Source of the DNA: a virus
Lineage: Duplodnaviria > Caudoviricetes
Virus record (IMG/VR): IMGVR_UViG_3300039412_000400
Span: 1-53,143 of that record
Length of the DNA stretch: 53,143 bases
Direction: 5' to 3' (one strand)
Below are positions 39,674 to 47,649 of this stretch, in pieces. Under the pieces are notes generated by a model that was not told the DNA's origin, did not search any database, and was given only the letters and a program-made list of their open reading frames with translations. Every line of letters begins with the position of its first letter. The first letter of the stretch is position 1. The position numbers and the translations under genes were made by a program.

Positions 39674-40573
39674 ATGAAAAAAATAGCACTTGAAAAACCT
39701 CCTATCCCGCAAACTTTATTAAGTGAAGTTCAGCACGATACACCGCCACAGCAAGACAAAGCAACTCCTGCTCAACCACTGATAGGGCCTACCGCACCAT
39801 CAGCAGCCAAGGCGCCTTCAGTAGATAACAAATCAGGCACATATATTGCTCCGGCAAATAAAGCTATTGAGTCGATGCAATTAGAGATGATTGAAATAAT
39901 CAACGAAACAGCCAAAACAAATGGAACGCCACTTGTTGGCCCAGAGTTTATCAAATATATTGTTGGAAAAGCAGATCCAAATGCTACTGAACAGCAATTA
40001 CCAACGAAGTTTGCCGAAATTATGGCAGCAATGAGAAACATTGGACATGAAGGACATCCGGCACCAGATGGTATTTGGGGACCAAAAACTAATGCGTCAT
40101 TAAATAGTCTCTATAATTATGCCGCCAATTTGCTTGAGCTTGCAAAGGTAAAACAAAATAAAATACAATATACAGATAGTGATCTTGCAGAGTTTAGACA
40201 GTTAGTCCCATCTGATGATTCATTTACTGAACAACAAAAAGTAGAAACTGCTCCAAAAATTACAGAAGCTCTTAAAAAACTTCATAATCTGTATAATAAA
40301 GTTGCTGAACAGAATTTGTATAAAGTAGCTCCACAAGAAACTGCAAATGCTCCAACACAGGCACGAGATTTATCTCCACAAGAACTATCAGATCTAAAAA
40401 TGCATTATCCGGCTGGATGGAGTCTTGGTAACAATCTTATAATTCAGGTAACAGATTTTGTCGATAAAGAAGCGTTTCATAACTGGTTTGTAAAAAATCA
40501 AGCCGTTTTGCCGCAAAATATGACAGAAATTGCTGTATTAGAAAATATTGCATCTCAACTTGGAGCTAAATAA
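39674..40573 (+). CDS. Hypothetical protein with a peptidoglycan-binding-like motif
   Basis: PDGIWGPKTNASL matches the DGxxGxxT signature of PG_binding_1. Confidence 0.65.
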   Translation: MKKIALEKPPIPQTLLSEVQHDTPPQQDKATPAQPLIGPTAPSAAKAPSVDNKSGTYIAPANKAIESMQLEMIEIINETAKTNGTPLVGPEFIKYIVGKADPNATEQQLPTKFAEIMAAMRNIGHEGHPAPDGIWGPKTNASLNSLYNYAANLLELAKVKQNKIQYTDSDLAEFRQLVPSDDSFTEQQKVETAPKITEALKKLHNLYNKVAEQNLYKVAPQETANAPTQARDLSPQELSDLKMHYPAGWSLGNNLIIQVTDFVDKEAFHNWFVKNQAVLPQNMTEIAVLENIASQLGAK

Positions 40574-40575
40574 CT

Positions 40576-41196
40576 ATGTCTTTTATACATGATGATACAG
40601 ATTTGCTAAAAAAGTTATTGAAGCTTGGCGCAGAACCACAAAGCTCTGTTGATATTAATAAGCAAAATCTTATACGCCTCATTAAAAGACTTATTGCATC
40701 ATATCAAACATCACAAACAACAGCGCCAGTAGGCACTCAGACAGCTACTGATAGAGCAACTGCAGAAGACTTATCAAGATATGAAATTTTCAATGGAAGG
40801 AATGTTAATTTTCATCATATTGAAAAGTTTGCTACTGATTTTGCAGCTTTTGCACAAAATCCTGAAGTCACTAATATGGCAAATGGAATACATGATAAGA
40901 TTCAAGTTGTTAAGCATTATATGAAACAACCAATAGATATTGTTAATTTTGGTAGCGCCAATGATATTCTTGCGCTTACAAATGAACCATATGTATTTTT
41001 GCAACAATTACGAGAGCTTGTTCAGTCTGCTGTAACTTTATATGCAGATTGTGAAGCATATTTACAAGGCAAAGTGAGTGATGTGGAAGTATTAAAACAT
41101 AATATTCTTGCTGGTAAAGATAATTTGATTACTATTGATAATCTAGAACCAGCAATTAGAGCTGAACTTTATCAAAGATCGAAACCTGTGAGATAA
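40576..41196 (+). CDS. Hypothetical protein
   Basis: 206-aa ORF tightly packed in the operon. Confidence 0.7.
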   Translation: MSFIHDDTDLLKKLLKLGAEPQSSVDINKQNLIRLIKRLIASYQTSQTTAPVGTQTATDRATAEDLSRYEIFNGRNVNFHHIEKFATDFAAFAQNPEVTNMANGIHDKIQVVKHYMKQPIDIVNFGSANDILALTNEPYVFLQQLRELVQSAVTLYADCEAYLQGKVSDVEVLKHNILAGKDNLITIDNLEPAIRAELYQRSKPVR

Positions 41197-41200
41197 TATT

Positions 41201-42235
41201 ATGTCAAACATTAATGCCTTATCAGATATACTACTTATAAAATCTCTTTTTGATGAAGACACGGAAAGATTTTATAAACAAGCAGGCGTTGCGAATGATT
41301 TCCTTAATCATATGAAAGATTATTTTAAGGGTCATATTAATCCAAATGATAAAACTGGAAGCGTTATTAATCTTTTGGTGCCAGGTATTCTGATTACTGC
41401 ATTTGGATCATTTGGGGCAACCGGTCTTGGCATATTTATTGCTATTCTTGTTCGTGCATTACATATAGACGTTGCAAAGTTATTAACACCATTATGTGAG
41501 TCGGTTAAGTCTATGATTAGCGGCGGTTCTAAAGTTTCTTCAAGTCAGGTTAGTGCGGCAGCGGCACAAGCAGCAGCACAATATTCTTCAACCATGGATG
41601 CCCAGCCAGAAGCTACATTTGCAGAAATGTCGCGAGGCGTAAGAATACTTAAGCTCGCTGCCATTGATTTAGAACATCAGACATTAAGATTGACCAATGA
41701 ACAAATTGATCCTGTTGAATATCTTCAGAAAACGGCAGCAGTTGTTGGCGCGGGGCTTGTTGTAAGCCTTCTTGGCAAACTATTTGGGCTTATGATTTCA
41801 GTTATTTTATGGTCTGCCGGATTTATGGTTGTTGGCGATATTATTGATCATTTTTTAAGCGGATCTTCATTGATGCCGTCTAGCACGTCATCTTCTTCAT
41901 CAGAAGAACAAGATGCTCCGGCTCCAACTCCAACACAAACAAAATTCCATCCAAAAGGTGGTGAGCAGCCTCTTCCAAAATCAATTCATATTACCAATAC
42001 TCCAGAGAATATTGATAATATGATTGTTCAATTTGCTAAAGACGTTTATGATGGATTAGATGGTAAAGAATCTATCATTAGAAATTCTGCAGGATTTAAG
42101 GCCGTTAAACATGCAATTGTTTGGTATAATACGAACAATGCTGGAAGTGCAGAAGTTTTTATACCAGCACTTTTTTCATCAAAAAAGCGTATGGTTGATA
42201 ACTTCATTGATGATGTTGCAAGAAACTCAGCATAA
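41201..42235 (+). CDS. Hypothetical protein with predicted transmembrane helices
   Basis: Hydrophobic stretches LLVPGILITAFGSFGATGLGIFIAILV and VVGAGLVVSLLGKLFGLMISVILWSAGFMVV. Confidence 0.7.
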   Translation: MSNINALSDILLIKSLFDEDTERFYKQAGVANDFLNHMKDYFKGHINPNDKTGSVINLLVPGILITAFGSFGATGLGIFIAILVRALHIDVAKLLTPLCESVKSMISGGSKVSSSQVSAAAAQAAAQYSSTMDAQPEATFAEMSRGVRILKLAAIDLEHQTLRLTNEQIDPVEYLQKTAAVVGAGLVVSLLGKLFGLMISVILWSAGFMVVGDIIDHFLSGSSLMPSSTSSSSSEEQDAPAPTPTQTKFHPKGGEQPLPKSIHITNTPENIDNMIVQFAKDVYDGLDGKESIIRNSAGFKAVKHAIVWYNTNNAGSAEVFIPALFSSKKRMVDNFIDDVARNSA

Positions 42236-42264
42236 ATTATTTGTGCATAAATGGGAATAATAAC

Positions 42265-43530
42265 ATGAACGAAATATTCAGAAACTATGTAAAAATACTT
42301 CAAGAAAACGCAAAAAAGACCAAGATTGCGCAGGCAGATCATGCTGAGCATACCGAAACTTCATTTAAGGAAACAAATCCAAGAATGGACTCGCTATCTA
42401 TTGAGCAAATTAATAAGCTTTATGATACAAAGCCAAGTCTTCCAAAAGATATGGAATATAAGAAGAATATTATGGAAGACGCACATCCAGAATCACAAGT
42501 TCTGTGTCCATCATATGATAAGTTAAATGGTCTTGTTGAAAACGAAATAGAGGGCCAGGCTATTCGTATGCGCATTGTAAATAAGATCCCAGATGGCCTT
42601 TCTACACAGCGCAGATATGCAAAACAAGATTTTGTTTATTCGCTCGTTTCATTAGCTAATGAACTTGATAGACAGGGCAATGCAGAATTACTTGATCTGG
42701 CAGATGTTTGTCTTCTTCAATTATCTGGCAGTCCAATAGAAAAAAAGGCATTTTGGCCGGCAGTTCTTGGTATTGGCGCAGTTATTGGGCTTATTTATGC
42801 CAAAGAACATCTTGCATTAAGAAGTCAAGGGCTAATTCAAGATATGGGTATCGCTATTGAAAATATTGATGCAATATTAAATGAAAGTGAAACAATAGGT
42901 GTTGGATATACATATTCTCCAGCGTTTATAAAATATATGCAAATGCTAAAAAACAAATTAGACACATTACGGGCGGCAGCCTTGAAAGTTCAGCCTATTT
43001 TAGAACGAAGAGACATTCCATTAGATAGATTAGAACTCAAAGATGCAATTGCAAAAACTAAATCATCAGATACTGCGGCAGAAGTTCAAGCCATGACTGA
43101 GTTTAAGAAAGTGGTTGATAATATAACTCCGGCTATCACTAAAGCAACTGAAACTTTAAGCAAGCCAGGTATTGAGCAGCGTATTGTTCAACATAAAGGA
43201 ATGATTACTGGATTACTTGATGATATTGGTCTTCATGGTGGCTATGGATTGATTGGAACAAAATTCAATGATCTTAAAGGCGTATTAACAACACTCGCAA
43301 AAGATATTGTTGAATTTCACAATCAATTCCCAACAGATTCAATTGTTCAAGATTATCAAGCAAGATTAGAACAGCCATCTCTATTAAGCGGCACTCCAAC
43401 AGCTGAAGCCCCGACGACAACTGAAACCCCAAGCGTTTCTCCAGATATAGATAGAATGATGGAATCTATAACAAAACACCCAGAACAATTAAGAAAAATG
43501 ATTGAAGATATGTTAGCTGGTAAGAAATAA
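42265..43530 (+). CDS. Hypothetical protein with one predicted TM helix
   Basis: ATG 42265; KKA followed by FWPAVLGIGAVIGLIYA. Confidence 0.7.
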   Translation: MNEIFRNYVKILQENAKKTKIAQADHAEHTETSFKETNPRMDSLSIEQINKLYDTKPSLPKDMEYKKNIMEDAHPESQVLCPSYDKLNGLVENEIEGQAIRMRIVNKIPDGLSTQRRYAKQDFVYSLVSLANELDRQGNAELLDLADVCLLQLSGSPIEKKAFWPAVLGIGAVIGLIYAKEHLALRSQGLIQDMGIAIENIDAILNESETIGVGYTYSPAFIKYMQMLKNKLDTLRAAALKVQPILERRDIPLDRLELKDAIAKTKSSDTAAEVQAMTEFKKVVDNITPAITKATETLSKPGIEQRIVQHKGMITGLLDDIGLHGGYGLIGTKFNDLKGVLTTLAKDIVEFHNQFPTDSIVQDYQARLEQPSLLSGTPTAEAPTTTETPSVSPDIDRMMESITKHPEQLRKMIEDMLAGKK

Positions 43531-43551
43531 TAACATTTTATCAAAATCTAG

Positions 43552-43630
43552 TAATAATTAAGTATAAAGTCATTGTAAGATTAGGTGTAAGAAATCGCGT
43601 TTATACGCATTTTCCAAAAAGGAAATCATT
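43552..43630 (+). promoter_or_regulatory. Conserved leader, copy 1 (late-promoter motif plus two small hairpins)
   Basis: TAATA-attaa-GTAT, AAGATTAGGTGTAAG, GCGT-ttat-ACGC and TTTCC-aaaaa-GGAAA, all repeated before 44528. Confidence 0.65.
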
Positions 43631-44365
43631 ATGTTAAAACCACTACAAGCAATTATGCCAATGGGCCAGTTTGACGGCCATGACACAGAAGTCGCCTCAT
43701 TCGTAGGTGGAGAAGTCTGCTCACTTATGTATGTCGCCAATACAGTAGCTACCGATAAGGCAGCTTATGACGCATTTGACGGATATGTCCTTGCGAGTAC
43801 CACACAGGTTCGTCCAGTTGTAACTAAGACCTTTAGTTCCGCCGTATCTCTATCTCCATCTGGTCCAATGTTCTTGGCCGATGATGGTATTTGGGGTTAT
43901 GGAACTCTATTAGGCTCTGTTGTTGGGCAAACTGTCGGCCAAACCACTTATGGTTACGGCCAAGTTCCTTCAACTCTACTTGGACCAAGTACAGCTACCG
44001 GCTCTGGCAAGATCACTTGCTGGGGTATGCCAGGTCTATATCTAATTTCTCTTGATGCAGTTGATAGCACTAACGCAACAGCGAGCACAGGTCTTAGCCC
44101 AATCAACGCCGCACTAACAGGTGGCGATGCTCTTACCTTCACGACTTCTGGTCAATTAACTCCAGTTGGAAAGAAAGTTGCCGGCTCAACTTATGCTTAT
44201 GGTAGCCCACAGGTTGGTCACCTCGTTGACTTCAATACAAACGGCTCACTTGTAAATACACCAAATTACCTTGTCGCCGCTCTAAACAGCCCAAGTGGTA
44301 ACATGTCGTCAGTAACTGCAAGATCACTGCTTTACGCAACTGTATGGTTTAATCCAACTCAATAA
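43631..44365 (+). CDS. Probable capsid decoration/structural protein, copy 1
   Basis: Gly/Thr/Ser-rich beta protein upstream of the major capsid gene; highly similar paralog of 44528-45250. Confidence 0.65.
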   Translation: MLKPLQAIMPMGQFDGHDTEVASFVGGEVCSLMYVANTVATDKAAYDAFDGYVLASTTQVRPVVTKTFSSAVSLSPSGPMFLADDGIWGYGTLLGSVVGQTVGQTTYGYGQVPSTLLGPSTATGSGKITCWGMPGLYLISLDAVDSTNATASTGLSPINAALTGGDALTFTTSGQLTPVGKKVAGSTYAYGSPQVGHLVDFNTNGSLVNTPNYLVAALNSPSGNMSSVTARSLLYATVWFNPTQ

Positions 44366-44399
44366 AGTAATATGACCTAAAAAGGTAAAATATAGATAA

Positions 44400-44433
44400 C
44401 AAAATGGCACAAATAAAAATTTGTGCCATTTTT
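44400..44433 (+). terminator. Hairpin terminator between the duplicated genes
   Basis: AAAATGGCACAAAT-aaaa-ATTTGTGCCATTTT followed by T-rich sequence. Confidence 0.75.
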
Positions 44434-44447
44434 ATTTACAAATATGG

Positions 44448-44527
44448 TAATAATGTTATATTAATGTATTGCAAGATTAGGTGTAAGCCGCGTTTCATAC
44501 GCAAATATTCCAAAAAAGGAAACTACA
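44448..44527 (+). promoter_or_regulatory. Conserved leader, copy 2
   Basis: TAATA-atgtt-ATAT, AAGATTAGGTGTAAG, GCGT-ttcat-ACGC and TTCC-aaaaaa-GGAA. Confidence 0.65.
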
Positions 44528-45250
44528 ATGTTAAAACCACTACAAGCAATTATGCCCATGGGTCAATTCGATGCAGCCGATGCTGAACTCGCATCATTCA
44601 AGGGTGGCGAAGTTTGCACACTCGGATATGTTGTTAATACAGCAGCTACCGACAAAGGCGCCTATGACGTTTTTGACGGCTATGTTGATACCGCTGGCGG
44701 ATTCAAGCGCCCAGTCGTAACCAAGACCTTCAGTTCTTCAAGCGCAATAGGCGGACCACTCTTCCTCGCAGATGACGGTATTTGGGGTTACGGGACTCTT
44801 CTTGGTTCAGTCGTAGGTCAGACCGTTGGTCAGACAACTTACGGTTACGGTCAAGTTCCATCAACTCTACTTGGACCAAGCACTGCTGCAGGTTCTGGTA
44901 AGATTACCTGCTGGGGTATGCCAGGTCTATATTTGGTTTCGCTCGATGCAGTTGATAGCGCAAATGCTACATCAAGCACGGGCCTTAGCCCAGTAAATGC
45001 TGCCTTAACTGGTGGTGACGCACTCACAATGACCATAGCTGGTCTTTTGACTCCAGTTGCTTGCCCAGTTGGAACTCCTGCTGACGCAAGTCCACAAGTT
45101 GGCCATCTTGTTGATTTCAATACTAATGGTTCGCTTGTTAACACACCAAATTATCTAGTTGCAGCTCTAAACAGCCCAAGTGGTAATATGTCGTCAGTTA
45201 GCCCACGTTCATTACTTTACGCGACAATCTGGTTCTCCCCAAGAATCTAA
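44528..45250 (+). CDS. Probable capsid decoration/structural protein, copy 2
   Basis: Long identical peptide blocks shared with 43631-44365. Confidence 0.65.
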   Translation: MLKPLQAIMPMGQFDAADAELASFKGGEVCTLGYVVNTAATDKGAYDVFDGYVDTAGGFKRPVVTKTFSSSSAIGGPLFLADDGIWGYGTLLGSVVGQTVGQTTYGYGQVPSTLLGPSTAAGSGKITCWGMPGLYLVSLDAVDSANATSSTGLSPVNAALTGGDALTMTIAGLLTPVACPVGTPADASPQVGHLVDFNTNGSLVNTPNYLVAALNSPSGNMSSVSPRSLLYATIWFSPRI

Positions 45251-45292
45251 TCTGACTTGAAATAAACAGATAGGTAATAATAGATAATACGA

Positions 45293-46267
45293 TTAGGCAC
45301 AGATTAATTTCTGTGCCTTTTCTTTTTGATATTCTTGAATTCGTTTGATCCAATCGTGAAATTGTTCGAGAGTAAGATTATTTTTAGCAAAATTACAGCG
45401 TATACAGCAAGGAACAATATTATCAATTGCGTGTGTTTTAGACGGATCAATTCTATCAATGCCATTATAATAGAAATTAGAGTTTTCTTTTGCTATTTGT
45501 GAAGCTTTTTTATCATTCAAATATGGATTACAACAATTAGTATTTTGGGCCCCACAATATGTACATGGTAATTGAGAATAAGTATAAAATGTTTGAAGAT
45601 CTATTTCCATAGTTTTATAATTTACTACATAATGTCTATAAGCCATTTTTAATGAATGAAGTATATATGTTTCTGGTAATTTTAGTAGGACTTGTGGTTT
45701 AATAAAATCAATATTTTTTAATGTATTAATATACTTATAAAAATCATTTAATGAGTAATCACATTTTGCACAATTACAAATAAGGCAACATGCAACTACA
45801 TTATTAGAAATATGTGGTAATAAATTATCAATTCTATCTAATCCGTTGTATGTAAAACTACCATTGTCTTTTGCATATTGTGATGATATATTTTTTGTTA
45901 AAAAATAGTTATATATATTTGATGGTCTATTTCCGCAATAAAAACAATTTTGCTGGCTAATATTAAACCATTCATCAAATGTTAATGTACACAATTTATC
46001 TTGATAACAATAGCTTTTCCACAATCTTCGTGCCGAAGCAATATGCGGCTTATATTTTCTATTGGCTTTAATTGCATATTTTACATTATTTTTTGATGCG
46101 TTTACTTTTAGACAACCACATGATTTAGTATTTCCAGATATAAGATGTGTAGTTGATACAATAGTTTTATTTCCACAATCACATATGCAATTCCAATATC
46201 CGCTATCATAAAATATTGGTGTTAGTTTTTCAAATTTTTGTCCAAGTAAATTAATTTTTTTAGCCAT
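45293..46267 (-). CDS. HNH-family homing endonuclease with a duplicated nuclease domain
   Basis: N-terminal W.C.CDCG...L.SG.TKSCGC, then two C.YCG...NG[LI]DRID....H...N.V.CC..CN.AK units. An alternative start exists at 46303. Confidence 0.85.
   Translation of the reverse strand: MAKKINLLGQKFEKLTPIFYDSGYWNCICDCGNKTIVSTTHLISGNTKSCGCLKVNASKNNVKYAIKANRKYKPHIASARRLWKSYCYQDKLCTLTFDEWFNISQQNCFYCGNRPSNIYNYFLTKNISSQYAKDNGSFTYNGLDRIDNLLPHISNNVVACCLICNCAKCDYSLNDFYKYINTLKNIDFIKPQVLLKLPETYILHSLKMAYRHYVVNYKTMEIDLQTFYTYSQLPCTYCGAQNTNCCNPYLNDKKASQIAKENSNFYYNGIDRIDPSKTHAIDNIVPCCIRCNFAKNNLTLEQFHDWIKRIQEYQKEKAQKLICA
45295..45327 (+). terminator. Intrinsic terminator embedded in the last codons of the antisense HNH gene
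   Basis: AGGCACAGA-ttaatt-TCTGTGCCT followed by TTTCTTTTT. Confidence 0.75.
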
Positions 46268-46429
46268 AATAATCTCTTTTGTGTTAGCAGCTCGCACTAT
46301 CATATTGTATATAACACTTTACGAACATTTTTATTTGAGTTTATTATAATAATTTCATATGAATGAAGATACTTCGATGTATCACGCTGGTATTTTGCCG
46401 GCAAACAATTCCAAATAACAGGAGAAAAT

Positions 46430-47443
46430 ATGAATTTCTTTAACGGACAAGGCCAGCTTAATGCCGGCTCATTCTCAGAAGCTTTACAGCAATTAGTAAA
46501 ATATGCTTCGATCCTTGAGAATAATGTTCCAGCAAATCAAGGACTTGCGGGACAGCCTTCTATGAGTGACGAAGCCAGGGACGAGTTGATAGCGAGAGCT
46601 ATACAAACTCAGGACGGTAAGATCGCGTTAGCACAAGCAATGGCAAATCCGATCAGAAGGAATTTAGATTATCATGGAATTGCGAGACGTGCATTAGTAG
46701 TTGATCCATTACCACAGGGTGCCATTCCAACTTACGATAGAGATATCGATGTTACCGCAGTTGTAATCTCCTCAAACGGCACAGGCCCAGAGTCTCGTGT
46801 GTTTGGTGACAGAATTGTTGTTCCAGAATTTGAGGTTTTCGCGAACCCAACAGTCCGTATCGCAGAAGTCAAGCGACGCAGATTTAACGTTATTGACAGA
46901 GCGGTGCAGAAGGCTCGTCAAGAGATTATGGCCCAAGAAGATGCAAACATCTTTGCGGCACTCGATGCGGCATCAAACGTTGAAAACACGTTGACCGATA
47001 TCGCAGACTCAGGTCTACTCAAGAGGGACTTGGTTGAGATCAAGCAGCAAATCGACCGTTGGGACCTTGTCACCACAAAGTATTTCATGAATATCAATGA
47101 ATTCACTGATATCTTGAAGTGGGGAGCAGGCGGCGGACAAGGCGTAGGTGGCGGCGATTTCGATCCAGTCACAATGCGTGAAGTTCTACAGACTGGGCTT
47201 TATGCTCACATCTGGGGCACAGACATTATGGTCTCAAAGATCGTTCCACCAGGTAGCATCTATGGCGTAGCAGACCCTGAGTTTGTTGGAGTAATGCCTA
47301 TACGTCAAGACATCGAGGTTTTGCCAGCGGATGAACCAAAGCAGCTCAAACTCGGATGGGTCGTTAGCGAAATCATAGGCCTAGCGATCGTAAACCCACG
47401 TGGTTGTGCTTGTGGCCGCAAATCAGTCGTTATTGGCGCATAA
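46430..47443 (+). CDS. Major capsid protein (HK97 fold)
   Basis: AGGAG SD; 337 aa. ALAQAMANPIRRNLDY, QEDANIF.ALD, FMN...DILKW, VSKIVPPG..Y and GWVVSEIIG.AIVNP are capsid-like; it follows the scaffold/decoration genes and ends at a strong terminator. Confidence 0.85.
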   Translation: MNFFNGQGQLNAGSFSEALQQLVKYASILENNVPANQGLAGQPSMSDEARDELIARAIQTQDGKIALAQAMANPIRRNLDYHGIARRALVVDPLPQGAIPTYDRDIDVTAVVISSNGTGPESRVFGDRIVVPEFEVFANPTVRIAEVKRRRFNVIDRAVQKARQEIMAQEDANIFAALDAASNVENTLTDIADSGLLKRDLVEIKQQIDRWDLVTTKYFMNINEFTDILKWGAGGGQGVGGGDFDPVTMREVLQTGLYAHIWGTDIMVSKIVPPGSIYGVADPEFVGVMPIRQDIEVLPADEPKQLKLGWVVSEIIGLAIVNPRGCACGRKSVVIGA

Positions 47444-47472
47444 TTAGCCTATAAGTAAGTGTTTTAGCTTAT

Positions 47473-47511
47473 ATTGGGCCCGGGTATTAGGTTACTCGGG
47501 CCCAATTTTTT
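47473..47511 (+). terminator. Rho-independent terminator after the major capsid gene
   Basis: ATTGGGCCCGGGTA-ttaggt-TACTCGGGCCCAAT followed by a T run. Confidence 0.92.
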
Positions 47512-47519
47512 ATATTCGA

Positions 47520-47591
47520 TTTACGGTTCGTCAGTTTAAATTGTCGTTATAGTGGTATTTTTTACGGTTCGTGTGTTATTTTTTACGGTTC
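47520..47591. repeat. Three direct copies of TTTACGGTTC
   Basis: Copies start at 47520, 47561 and 47582. Confidence 0.85.
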
Positions 47592-47649
47592 TTCGTTGCA
47601 TAATTCAAAATATTCGTTATATACGTTGTGACAGCAAAGGAGCCGTACC

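Noticed and set aside
44404-44586. 60-aa ORF between the duplicated genes
   Set aside because: It runs through a terminator hairpin and the conserved leader and overlaps the real gene out of frame.
43631-45250. Diversity-generating retroelement template/variable repeat pair
   Set aside because: Differences are mainly synonymous and not adenine-specific, both copies are full genes, and there is no reverse transcriptase in the window.
47520-47591. Mini CRISPR array
   Set aside because: The repeats are only 10-15 nt with unequal short spacers, and there are no cas genes.
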